A DNA stretch of 63,098 nucleotides, filler included, from Craspedostauros australis (taxonomy: Eukaryota), in NCBI GenBank assembly GCA_030167865.1. It is 13 parts of 13 records of this genome, joined end to end, with 100 filler letters (N's around TTAATTAATTAA, not from the genome) between each part and the next. Parts side by side here need not be neighbours in the genome. Positions count along the whole stretch, not along the records: positions 13,700 to 36,210 come from JALAGF010002666.1; 12 more parts are not named here. One strand, written 5' to 3'. Both the position numbers and the translations under genes were made by a program. Positions 22,469 to 33,895 of the stretch are shown piece after piece; positions within the stretch are counted from its first letter, which is position 1; each line of letters opens with the position of its first letter. Under the pieces are notes generated by a model, which was not told the DNA's origin, searched no databases, and was given only the letters and a program-made list of their open reading frames with translations.

Positions 22469-25400
22469 TTAGAGGAAATGGACGGTGTTCTTGAGCTTCT
22501 TGGCATTTATCGACCTGCCGCAATCAGGCATTCCTCCTCCAAGCTCAGCCAGTCTGTGCGTATGTGCATGTGCGATTGAATCGAGTAGAGTTGCGTTTCA
22601 TCATGCGACGGTACGCAAAACGATACACCAACGTGCGTGCAGGGGAAGCAGGCAACACCAGAAGTATGAAAAGCAGGGAGGTGAGAAGCGGAAGTGCTTG
22701 ACGTGTGCAACAGAAAACCGACACAAGCACAATACGTGCAAGGCAACACACGCACAACGATTGCAAAGGCATCCGATGCGGTACATTGCATTGTGCTGCA
22801 TTACAGCCCATGACACAAATGACACGAACAATCATCATCCTGATACCAATGCGCCTATATCTGCAGCGCATTCCAGCACGCATCAACCCGCAGCGACTTA
22901 CTTGTGTGCCATCTGGCATACGCTTGGGACCTTGATTGGTCCTGCCCAATTGGGATAGTCATGGCACAGATCCCAGGTCAGGTTGGCAAGGTGGACGTTC
23001 CTCAATGCAGGGTCTTGCTCCACCACGATGAAACGGACAGGTTTTGGCGTGCTGTATGGCGGCGCGCGACCGTTGATATAGAAGGTGTTGTAGTTGATGC
23101 CCTGGATGCCCTCGACCAGCGTCCCCGATGGAGCTCCGTACTTGCCATCTTGCTCGCCTGCCACATCCTTCGTGAGGAATTTCGTGGCGATGCGCTTCTG
23201 GCACACCACGTATGACAGCGGCACGTTCCTGGCCTTGCCTCCTGCCGTTGCTGCGCCCCCTTTCTGGCCCACAGACGTTCCGTTCAGGCCTTCGCGGATG
23301 GCCCTGATCTCCTCCTTGGCCTGCAGGTCGAATGCGGCGTCTCCGATACCATCGCGCCACACGATGCATGACATGGGGTTGACCTTGAGCTCACTCATGG
23401 CCTCCGCCATCGTCTCCTTCAGCGCCACCCCAAGATCGTACTCCATTCCAGCCTCCCTGGCGTACGTCTTGGAGTAGATCTCGATCTTTGAAGCGGCCGT
23501 CGAAGTGGACTTCTTGCTACCACCCTTGCCACCGTCGCGCACGACTTGCACGATTATTGCTGCGCAGGACGCCTTCGCGCGTCGTTCCTTGGCGATGGGG
23601 TCGTACTTGCGAGGAGCGTGGAAGACGTCGACTCCGACAAAGACTGTTGGCGTTGGCAGTGGCTTTGGTAGCGTCACGTACCACAGACGGACGCCCGCCT
23701 TCTGCAGGATTTGCCTGGATACGCCCTGCAGGATGATGTCACTGCGCTTCATGTCTCGTGGCTCGTCGTGCCGGTAGTTGCTGAAGTTGACGAACTGCGA
23801 TAGATGCCCCTTGGACGCCAGCATCTGCTTGACCACCGAGTACGCTGGATCTGTGCCTCCCTTGGGATAGTTGAAGTCCAAGACGAAGATGTTCGGCTTC
23901 TTCTCGTTGGCCATGGATTTCTCCACAGCGCCCCAGTGCTTCTCCGCATGTCCAGCTTGCACGATCTTGTACGGTCTGTCGCCGAGCCGGAAGTAGGTGT
24001 TGAACTTGTTGACGGTGTTGCGGATGCGTTGGTACACCTTGTCGGCTCCCTTGGAAATCTTCTCATTGCACACGAGCACCACGTTGAGCGTGTTGGCGCT
24101 GTTGGCTTGCACGTTGAACCTGGCCATGCCCACATTGGGTGCCCAGTTTTCGCGCTTGTGCTTGGGAATCTCCACACCGGCCGCCAGGATCTGCGGCATG
24201 GGCATGACGTTGGCTGTGGCAGGCAGCCGGCCGTTGCTCACCATGATTCCCAGTGCTGGGAGGAATCCAGACGCGCCTCTCGTTGTTTGCGCGCCGGGGA
24301 CGAGGTACTTGCGGATCTCCTCGATGGCGGCGTTGCGTTGATCTGGCTTGTAACTCGCGATCATGGGCAGCTGCTCCTTGACGCGGCGTTCGAGTTCGTT
24401 GCCGGCAACAAGCTCTGCTGGGAAGTAGATGGTGTCGTTGCGCCTTCCCTGAACAGCCACCACGGGGACGGCGTTGGGGTACTTGAGGTCGATCTTGCGA
24501 CGTTGCTTGAAGTACTGCGCATGCGACATGCCCAGACCTTCCACGGGCAGCGTTGCTGCGCTCTTGTTGAAGATGAGGTCTGTGACGGAGTAGCACTTCT
24601 TGTCGTGCATGGCGATCACCACCTCCCCGATCCATTCTCGGCGCAGCCTCTTCTGCTCCTTCTCGTTGGGGCGGAATGAGCTGGGTCTGTCGGTGATGTG
24701 GTCCAAGACGCTCATGGTGCGGACCACCTTGGCTCGAAGATCGACCGTGAGCGCCAAGTGGCACATGTTCGTCTTCTTGGATCGCACGATGCCGAATGTG
24801 CAGGATATGGCCTCGTAGACTCTGACGCCCATCGAATTGCCCTGCCGATCGGTCGGCTCGGTGAACTTCTTTGGATCAATGAACTCGGATCCCCATCGAG
24901 AGAGCCGTTCGCTGAGAGCGCGTTCCAGCGCAACGTTGACGTAGGATGAGAACATCGGAAGGGTCGCGGGTTGGGGCTTGACATCGGTCGACTTTGTGTC
25001 GGGATCGAGGTAGACTGGCTGATGCCCTTGTTGTTGGCTGTCATGGTCATGGCATGGCGTGTTGCAAAGAGCGTGATGAAGTGAGATTTACATGATACGA
25101 CAAGTACGGTGTACAGAGCATTGGATGGCATTGGATAGCACTGGATGAATGATGAGAGTACAACACTCCTGAAATGAATGGCACGATGTACCATACATAT
25201 ATGATATAACGCAAGACACAGTCACTCTTACTCATGCTCGTACGTAGAAGAGCATGATGTTGCAACTCACCAATGCTGAAGCATGGAGGAGACGTCCGTG
25301 AAGGCCTTGGTGCAGTTGGCGCAGCGCAGGTCGAAGGTCACGTCGAGCTTGCCGCCAGCAGCTGCTGCTTTGACCGGCTGCCTGAGCTCGTTGGGACACA

Positions 25401-26236
25401 GGTAGTGCACGCAGTGCTGCACTTCCAGCGCATCGCCTTCTGCCACCTTGTGTTCAATGGGTAGCTGGAGGGGCAGATTCTCTGGCTCCAGACCTGGAAT
25501 GACTTGCGACGAAAAGAAGAAGGATCCGTTGAAGAAGACGCGTCGCCTGAGATCCTTCTTGGCAGCCTCCGACATGCCAGTGAGGAGGCCGTCCCACATG
25601 CCGGCATTGAAGAGCGCCGTGCGACGATGGCGACTCTCGATCTGCCCGCCCTTGGCATTGGTGGAGTTGACGGAGTAGAGGTAGAACTTGAAGCCTGGGG
25701 TGACTGTGGCCAGGATGATGTTGGTCATGCAGGACTTGAGACCTGAGAGATCTGGTCCGCGGCCACGGCCTCCTCCGCGGCCTCCTCTCCCGCCGCCCCT
25801 TCCACCACCTCTGCCTCCGCCTCTGCCGCCACCACCTCCTTTGCTCGTGTGCAGAATGATGGTTGCAGTGGCAGTGAGGGGCAGTAAGGAAGATATGGAT
25901 ACAGAGATATAGTTTAATAGAATAGTTGTGTTGACGAGATGTTGGGATGGATTGTTTGAGATGTAGTCGAGGGGAGATGAAACGCATTGACAGACAGTGG
26001 ATGAATCTGTCGCACCCATCACACGCATCACATGTATGATACTGATAACACAGACTCCGAGTGGAGTAGTCGCATGGTATGGTGGACTTACCTCCGTAGC
26101 CGCCTCCTCCACCTCTTCCGCCGCCACGGCCTCCGCGACCTCCTCTACCGCCACCATATCCTCCGCTGTCATATCCCCGGCCTCCACCTCGACCGCGTCC
26201 GCCGCCTCGACCGCCTCTGCCGCCTCTTCCTGGCAT
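22469..26236 (-). CDS. Argonaute/PIWI-family protein, 977 aa; complement(join(22469..22553,22902..25037,25271..25838,26092..26236))
   Basis: Three GT-AG introns give a 2934-nt frame. It encodes an RGG-rich N-terminus, PAZ (HAQYFKQRRKIDLKYP..YFPAELV) and the MID pocket (YSVVKQ..SQFV..QILQKAG). PIWI motifs are VGVDVFH, WRDGIGD, VVCQKR, GTLV and PIKVPSVCQMAHKLA, and the protein ends VHFL*. Confidence 0.95.
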
Positions 26237-27095
26237 CCTCTCTGCGTCCTGCCTTTCGCACTAGAGTATTACTATACTCGTAGCGGTGTACGCGTGAAGC
26301 CTCGCGTTTCTGTTCTTTGCCTCTGTTCGAATCAAACAGATTTGCTCGGTTGTCGTCTTCCTCTCTTCAGCGATGATGCCAACACCGACGCAAAGTGCGT
26401 GTTGCACCTTCTTACTTGCCACTTTGCTTTGCTCGTTTGTTCGTTCTTTCTCGCTTGTTCCAACTCCCAGAGCTGACTCGCAACAGCAACGGATTGTGAG
26501 ATTGACATCAAAGCAACAAGCCAAGGAGAGAGCCCGTAACTACTGTCAATTCAGCGCCTGGTGTTGCCGTTGCCATTGTCACGTCTTGGCGGGCAGTTTG
26601 CGCGCGAGAATTGATGCTGTTTGTGTTTTGCGAACGCCTCATCGACCAACTCGATTGACCATTTTTCGGCTGGTACGATTTCTACGCGTGATGTTCACTC
26701 AAGAATGCGCGAATGGGATGAAAAACGTGACTGCATGAATCCACGAATCAACTGTTGCGATTGAAACGTTCCAAGACTTGCAATACGGATGCTACAACTG
26801 ACAAGATAGGAGCGCTTTGTGGTGTTGCTTTCCATCGTTTGGTCAACCAAGAGGAACACCCAATTGCATGCCCGTTGCTGATACGAGTAGTAGTACGACC
26901 AATGCTATTCTATTGCTGTGGAAACCAACAGAAGTAAGACTGCGGAGCTATCATGGCAGAGTGGTCAAAATTGGAGTGATTCTATTGTGTGTGTCCTCTA
27001 TGGTATTGTGTTTGTATGTGTTTGTATGTGGTGGCATGGATACTTGCTCATGATGTTTGACATTGCACTGCACTGCATTGCATTGCACTGTATGT

Positions 27096-27989
27096 TCATG
27101 CAGCGAACAGATACTGCTGCGCATCCCGCATGGCACGGTTGATGGCGATCTGACGATGGCATTGGGAACTGCGCAGGGAGACGAAGTACAGGATCTCTGG
27201 GTTGGTGCACTTCATCTGGACCTGCACGAGGCGCCTGGCATGCTGCCGGCGGCTCTTCTTCGTGGCCTGCGCGACGGCGTGGGTGAGATGTCCCTCGAGT
27301 CCGCGCGTGCAGAACCCGCCGTCGTGCAGGACCTGCAGGATGGCCGGCGCCGGGATGGAGGTCTTGCTGTACTTGTTGTACTTCTTGATGGTGCGGATGA
27401 TCTCCTGCTTGTTGTTGCGCAGATCCGAGCTGTGGATCCACGTGGACTTGTTGGAATGCGCTGTTGCGGGCATCACGGAAGGTGGCGCCGTGGAGAAGGC
27501 GACGCGCTTCTTGTGCGTTCTGCGTCTCTTGGTGGGCATGGATTCCATGTGCTGCTGCTGTTCTGCGAGTGGCATCATGGGGCGTTTGCTGCCGCATTGG
27601 GCGAGGTGGATGGCAGCAGCCACGGCCGTCGATTGGTTGTGCATTGCCATGGCGGATTGGCTTGCCGCGAATGGCAATGCGGTGCGCAACGAGGGAGGGG
27701 CAGCACACGAGCGCATAGGAGAGAGCGGGAAGTAGTTGGCGCCCATGCGGGTATGGGAGCTGGCGCTCATCTTGCCCAGCAGGAATGCTGCTTGGTTGCT
27801 GGCCATCCGCATCTGCGTCGCACTTGCGATGTTGGCTGCGTTGACAGAGGAGAAAAGCAGTGGGTTCATCATTGGAGCTGTTGCAGGTGCTGACACGGTC
27901 GCTGTGCTGAATTGGAGCTGCTGTTGCTGCTGCTGCTGCTGTTGTTGTGGCTGCTGTGGGTATGGCTGTGGTTGGATGGCGCAGAGCAT
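27096..27989 (-). CDS. Diatom-type hypothetical protein of the 'KKxVxF..W..CxRGLE' family
   Basis: Gln-rich N-terminus from ATG 27989, then KKRVAFS..TWIHSSDL..GFCTRGLEGHL..ARRLVQVQ. Confidence 0.7.
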   Translation of the reverse strand: MLCAIQPQPYPQQPQQQQQQQQQQLQFSTATVSAPATAPMMNPLLFSSVNAANIASATQMRMASNQAAFLLGKMSASSHTRMGANYFPLSPMRSCAAPPSLRTALPFAASQSAMAMHNQSTAVAAAIHLAQCGSKRPMMPLAEQQQHMESMPTKRRRTHKKRVAFSTAPPSVMPATAHSNKSTWIHSSDLRNNKQEIIRTIKKYNKYSKTSIPAPAILQVLHDGGFCTRGLEGHLTHAVAQATKKSRRQHARRLVQVQMKCTNPEILYFVSLRSSQCHRQIAINRAMRDAQQYLFAA

Positions 27990-29010
27990 GTTGGGAGTGT
28001 TTGGATGATACGTGGGCTTGTGTAGTATACTAGGTCGTACTTGTACTTGGACTTGCAACAGATGAAGTGAGTGCTTTGTGTTGGTGTTTGGATTGTGCTA
28101 TTGAGTGTGCTTGGATTGGTGCTTGTGGAGTTTGGATTTATGATGACAGGAGAAGCTCTCTTGGTGAAGTGAAGTGGGAGGTCCAGTGAGGAGGAGGAGG
28201 AGGCGAAGCAATGCCAGTGGAGGTGTCTGATCGCGGGAACGGCACCAAAGTATGGAACAAAGAGTACCACTGGGTATCCCTTTGCCCTGCGAGGAGTGTC
28301 TACAATTATGTTTCGCCACTGGCTCCAGCCACACAATTAGTGCAGGTTAGAGAGATGAACGCATGTCTCGAACGGAGCCGAAAAGGTTCAATGTCCCTCC
28401 TCGACCACGAGTATCTATGACAGCAGAGTGGTTAGTTGTGCGGCGGGTCGGACTGCATCGCGCCCACCAAGAAAGCAGCAACGAGGAACAGCCTCTCGTG
28501 CCCACAATTTGCGCGACGACGTCGTTATCAGCAGAAACGGATAGGTACAACACGAACAGAAGTATTGCAGGGAGGGGCTTGTCTGTACCTGCGGCGTTTG
28601 CTAAATGATGATGTTCTCGTGAATGGTTTGTGACACTTGGAGCGTTTCGGATAGCAAGTGACATATTCGATGGTCGCTTGGTCACAAAAGCCTCAATCCT
28701 GAGACATGCAGGCATGGCATTCTGCACTGAGAAAACGAAACACCTGCGCCGCAAATCACGAACGAAGCCACAGACATTTCAAAGTATGTATGTACGCACT
28801 ATTTGTCGTAGCAACTGATTTTTCGGTGCTCGGGCTGTTGGCAGGTCTGGACGCCAAATGACCACGATCAAATGCCGCTGGCAGCGGTCACAATTTCAAC
28901 AAACGCGAAAACGCACCAGAAACACAGCATAACAACAACCGCGACGAAACGCTCCAACTTGTGACATGGAAAGAGGATCACTACATCGTCGGTTTGTTGT
29001 TTTCTTGTTG

Positions 29011-29043
<33 letters not shown>

Positions 29044-32000
29044 ATGTCAACCGTGGCGAGCATGCGACAAGATGCAACAACTATGGCAATGGCAACAGAG
29101 CGGAGTTTCAAGTTGCAGATTACGATCTAAAGCACCAACCCAAAGACCATGCCTCTTCGAGCCGGTGCCTGTCTGCTTTTATCTTCGAGTACTCTGCTCG
29201 AAAGAGCAACAAGAGCGGCCGTCTCGCGTGATTTCTGTTTCTTTTCCGAGTGCAGGTGAGCGCCCTCTCATCACATTGGAGGGGTTCGAGTGGCCTTGTG
29301 TTCACACAGAGCAAGGATGACCATTGGCTCCAGAGGGACAGGGGATTGTGCCATGAAACGGAAAGGGGGTGCCATGCGTTGTGCGTTGCGAAGGAGGAAA
29401 GAAGGCCGTTGGATCCTTCCGCTCCCTGGATGTCGCAAAGCAGAGAACAGCACCGATTCAGGGACAGTCTCTTGTGTCGGTCAGATGACGCTGTTGGGTT
29501 CACGCCCAAGGACATGGTCTCCCTCCGCAAGTCTTAGAATACGTACGTGCGTTCGTACGCTAGCGCAATGACCAGCATCGCGCCCACACAACAAACGATG
29601 CCCCCGCCTTGCCGACGAACTTTTCCATTTTATCACATTTTTTCTTCATGGATGTTCCTTGTGGTCATGGGGGTCGTCGCGGGTGGGAACCGACCGTCTG
29701 GTCTGAAGGCTATGATTGTTCCACATCTGTCCATTCCCCAGTCTTGGTTGCGGTTGATGTTCAAGCACACATCTGACTTTTCCCCTCTTCCTGGAGGCCT
29801 CACCAGACACTCTCTGGAACAGACATCCTCTCTTGATTCATCGTACGAGCTATGCAAGCAGCCGCGCGTCGGTGTTGAGGTTGCTATTCCTGTCTTTCTT
29901 GAATTGAAGATCTCAGGATCACGCAGAGGCTGCGATGCAAACAGAGAGTCCGATCAAGGAACAGTTCATGGCAGCGCAAGAGAGAGAAAGAGAGGCAGCC
30001 ATCATGAATCAGCAATGCCTTGGAACTCCTTATCGCCTTGGATGTTGCGAGGGACACCGAATGAGTCATCGCAGTGTCAATGGAACAACAATGGACCATG
30101 GTCACGACGGAGGGAGAGTCTGTACGACCAATGGCATCTATGGTACTCGTGCAAGTGAGCGTGCTGTTAGAATTACTCCGCTCCGCATCAGCAGACAGCG
30201 CATCGCAAAGCGAACGTCCATCCCCATGAGCAACCACAGCTGGTCGCGCATCGTGGCTGCCATTGCCGATGAAGCTGCTTCGCAACGGACATGCGGAAGA
30301 GCGATCATTTGATGCCACAACAGATGAGCGTCGCGTATTGGTAAGCTGCGGAAGAATCGTCTCGAAGGATGGTGCTAATGCACGCAGAGAAAGTTTGCCA
30401 CATGCGCATCCTTTGCGTTGCTGACCCCGCCTTCGTGATGGCGAGTGGTTCCATGATCTGGAGTTGCTCGCTGTTCGCATGATCCAAGCATTCCAAGAGA
30501 ATCTCAATCTGCAGTCCACCAATACGACTATTCAGTGTGGAGTGGCCGTATCACGTTGATGTATTACATGAAGCATGGATGGAGCAAGAGCTGTGTTGCA
30601 GGAGCAACGTGCCATGCCGTCTCTCAATCCTCGTAGATTGCTGCCGACGTCGCGAACCAGCAATCAAGCAGAGTGTCGTACGAGTACTCTGGTGAAGAGT
30701 GACCGCAGAGAAAGAGGCAAAGCGCATGTCGTTTCCTGGATTCGATTCACTGTTGGCAAGCCAACCAACTGAGCAGAGCATGTTCTCGTCCTCCATCACC
30801 CGAGTCGTCGACCGATCCCTTGTCCATCGCGGCTTTCGACAGTGTGTGACTCGTTGCCTCTGCCATTCACACTCGTACGAGTACAACCGCTGTGGATGTT
30901 ATAGGTGTAGCGAGTGTGGCTCTCATCCTGATGCCCTTGTTCCTGCTCAAGATGATGATGCTGACCCAAAGTCAACACCGGACAACTGTGTCTGTGACTT
31001 GTGTGTGTGCGCGCAATGCAACTGAGACTGCCCAGAGTCCCGATCGCACCAGTACCGTCAGCACCATCACAGCACAGCCTTCTCGATACCTCATCTGATC
31101 TTGCGTTGCTGCGAACTGTTGTGCATTGTACCATGTCACACGTTCGCTACGATAGACATCCCCGGTTGACCGGTGTTGTTGTTGTTCCACCATTGAACCG
31201 ATGCAGTGGCAATACAGAACCAGCAGGGCATGGTATGTAGGTGAGCACGACGTCATCTAGTTTCCGTCCTTCTTGGCTGCGTTGTGACTTGGAGACATGG
31301 TGAAGGCCGGTGATCCACAGTTCGCATGATTCCCATGCTTCTCATCAAAGAGGACTTGCTCAAGTTGTGGATGGACGTGGAAGAGTAGGCCTGGCTGCCG
31401 CCCACTTCAGCTCCGCTTGTGAGAAGAACATGCACCATTATATCATATAGTGTGTGTGCATGTAGATCGTAGACCCATGAGAGTAGCATGAACCGCAGCT
31501 TTCTATCGTGGTGTGATGTGATGATCCACGGTCCACGGTTCAACGCTCGGCTCTTCCCATGTTCATCTTCAAAGCATCTGTATCTGCGTTGGTTGCCCTT
31601 CCCCTTCCTGTGATTGTGATTGCAATTGTGATTGCGGCAACCATGCTGTGCCGGTCCTGTTGTTGCGCGCATCCCATTTTCTCCTTGTGCGTCTGTTTCA
31701 CAGTTCGATTGACTCATGCGCCATTCCGCTGTTCTCTCTTCACCATCATGGTTGTGCGCGTGTGTCTGTGTTTGGAACCGCACTTCGCACTTCGCAGGCC
31801 CGACTGTTGGAACTGTCGTTGTTTGCTTCTTTCTTGCTTTGCGTGTGCTGTTGGTGTGACAGTCGCAACAGTGACACCATTTCTTGGCCGGCCAACACGA
31901 ATGTTTGTCGCTCAGGCAGTGATCGGATCGACAGGGCTTCCATGTCCTCAGCGTGTCTCATCCATGTCTATTCAGTAAGTATGTCGTGGTTGGAAGAGCA

Positions 32001-32812
32001 AGAATGCACCATACGGTACTCAGATTCCAAGAACGACGATCTGAGTCAACAGTTCTTCGACTACAATCGTACATTCATTTAAGCTGATGGTTGTAAACCA
32101 AAGGACCAATCACATGTGTGAGCGGAGTCCAAGCCCAATCGACGTTTTCTTTGTTCTGTGCTGACCAGTCACCGTTGAGCATCGCGCCTTGTGCGAGCGT
32201 CCGATCGTCCGGTCGGCAAGCGGAAGAGTTACTTGGGCGACAGGTGCCAACTTGTGGAACGGGATGAGTACTCTGGAGTACTTTATGGCAATGCCATGCG
32301 TACGTTGTGTGAATGGCGAATCGCACAAGGACAAGCGTGCGTTTTACCAGACTGCGGACTATTTACGACTAATTGTTTTCGATTGCCGTACTCTGTTCGT
32401 GGTTGCGCACACGCTGCCGAAGTACCAACCGGCAAGAAGAACACAGAACGAAGCACGACGAAGAGCACACGGACAGCGGTTCTCACTTCAGTGTGACAGG
32501 TTGCCGTGCTCATCCGCTATCGCGATTGACATGACGCAGACGGACTGCACCAACCAAGATACAACTGCCTGTGTGTCATACCCACATCGACCGACTTGCA
32601 CGCAGTGTGGGTACGACTACCACAACGAGAGACCAAGAACGAGGAGAAGTGTGATCATCAACCAACTCACAAAATCCCAATTGCACTCGCTTCTCCGACA
32701 ATCGCAACCCTCTCAACTGTCTCAAGACTCTCAACGATCACAAAATCAGTAACAGCAAGAACCAAAACGCAATACATACACACGCAACAGCAGTAGCAAT
32801 AGCAGTAGCAAG

Positions 32813-33475
32813 ATGATCTCCTTCCCACAGCAACACCAACAAGTCATGCTCTCCTCCACAATCTCAGCACAATCGATGATGCCATTGGCGCCACTCCCCG
32901 TCTCTCCATCATCATCATCATCATCATCATCCACAGCATCGCCTGCATCCACAAGCACCGGCGGCATGAAGCGACGCTTGGACGACAGCGCATGCACGTC
33001 GCCTCTGCCTTCGCCATGCCACGACGATACCCTGCGAACCACCAAACGCCAGCGCCGCGCCAAGAAGACCGTGCGCTTCGCCTGCAGCCGCAACACCGTC
33101 ACGCGCTGTGCCGGATCCCTCTGGATGTCCAAATCGGAGCTCACCGCCTGCAAGCAGGACATTCAGACCACCATCCGAACGTACCACCAATCCGAACAGG
33201 ACATCACGCGGTTGGACGCCGCCTCCATCTGCCTGCGCGGCCTCGAGGACGTCCTCACGCCGCAGGCCTTCCAGCAGTCGCAGAGCAAGCGCAAGCAGCA
33301 TGCGCGCAACGTTCTCAAGGCGCAGAGCCTTCTGCGTTCGATGAACGGCAGTCGCAGCGATGAGCAGACCTGCTTGCGGTACATCGCGCAGCAGTCGTCG
33401 CTCGAAGCCACGCGCGTCGCCCTGCGGCGTGGTGCTCTCGATGCCATGGATTTCAGCGTTCTTCTTGGCTTGTAA
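32813..33475 (+). CDS. Second CxRGLE-family hypothetical protein
   Basis: KKTVRFA..LWMSKSEL..ICLRGLEDVL..KQHARNVLKAQ, with the same motif order as the 27096..27989 gene. Confidence 0.75.
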   Translation: MISFPQQHQQVMLSSTISAQSMMPLAPLPVSPSSSSSSSSTASPASTSTGGMKRRLDDSACTSPLPSPCHDDTLRTTKRQRRAKKTVRFACSRNTVTRCAGSLWMSKSELTACKQDIQTTIRTYHQSEQDITRLDAASICLRGLEDVLTPQAFQQSQSKRKQHARNVLKAQSLLRSMNGSRSDEQTCLRYIAQQSSLEATRVALRRGALDAMDFSVLLGL

Positions 33476-33895
33476 GCAGCAGCACGCTAGAGTAGAGGAG
33501 AGTAGAGCACAATGCTCATACCCATACTCACAAACAATCAATGTAACGCAATGGTAACAGCAACAATCACAATGTATTATATGTACAATAGTATTAGAAT
33601 ATATTATTACATGCCATATTATACAGACAAACAGTCATGTGTTCATCTCTCTCTGGACAGAGTAGTTGTATTGCGCGCGGCTCAATCCCGACATTCTGTC
33701 AGTACCGCTCTCTCGGCATCAAGTTCTGGATCAGCCATGTGAACGCGAATGAGGATGTCTCCATCACCTCAACCTTCCGCGCCATCCTCTCACCCACTCA
33801 TCCGCTCATTCACTCAGCTCTGCTCTATTGTTAACGATTCCTACCCCCACACCGCACTACCCTTTTGAACTGCATTGCAGCACACTCACCCACAC

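Noticed and set aside
1186..26236. U2SURP, SNAPC1-like and Argonaute as a functional RNA-processing cluster
   Set aside because: Eukaryotic gene neighbourhood is weak evidence, unrelated genes intervene, and an assembly gap separates them.
29011..29042. (GCTT)n microsatellite; also (GAGT)n and (GA)n tracts
   Set aside because: These are ordinary simple repeats. They are not at a sequence end and are not telomere-like arrays.
30699..31025. Cys-rich short ORF resembling a metal-binding domain
   Set aside because: It has a non-ATG start, the Cys richness comes from TG-rich low-complexity DNA, and no family is recognisable.
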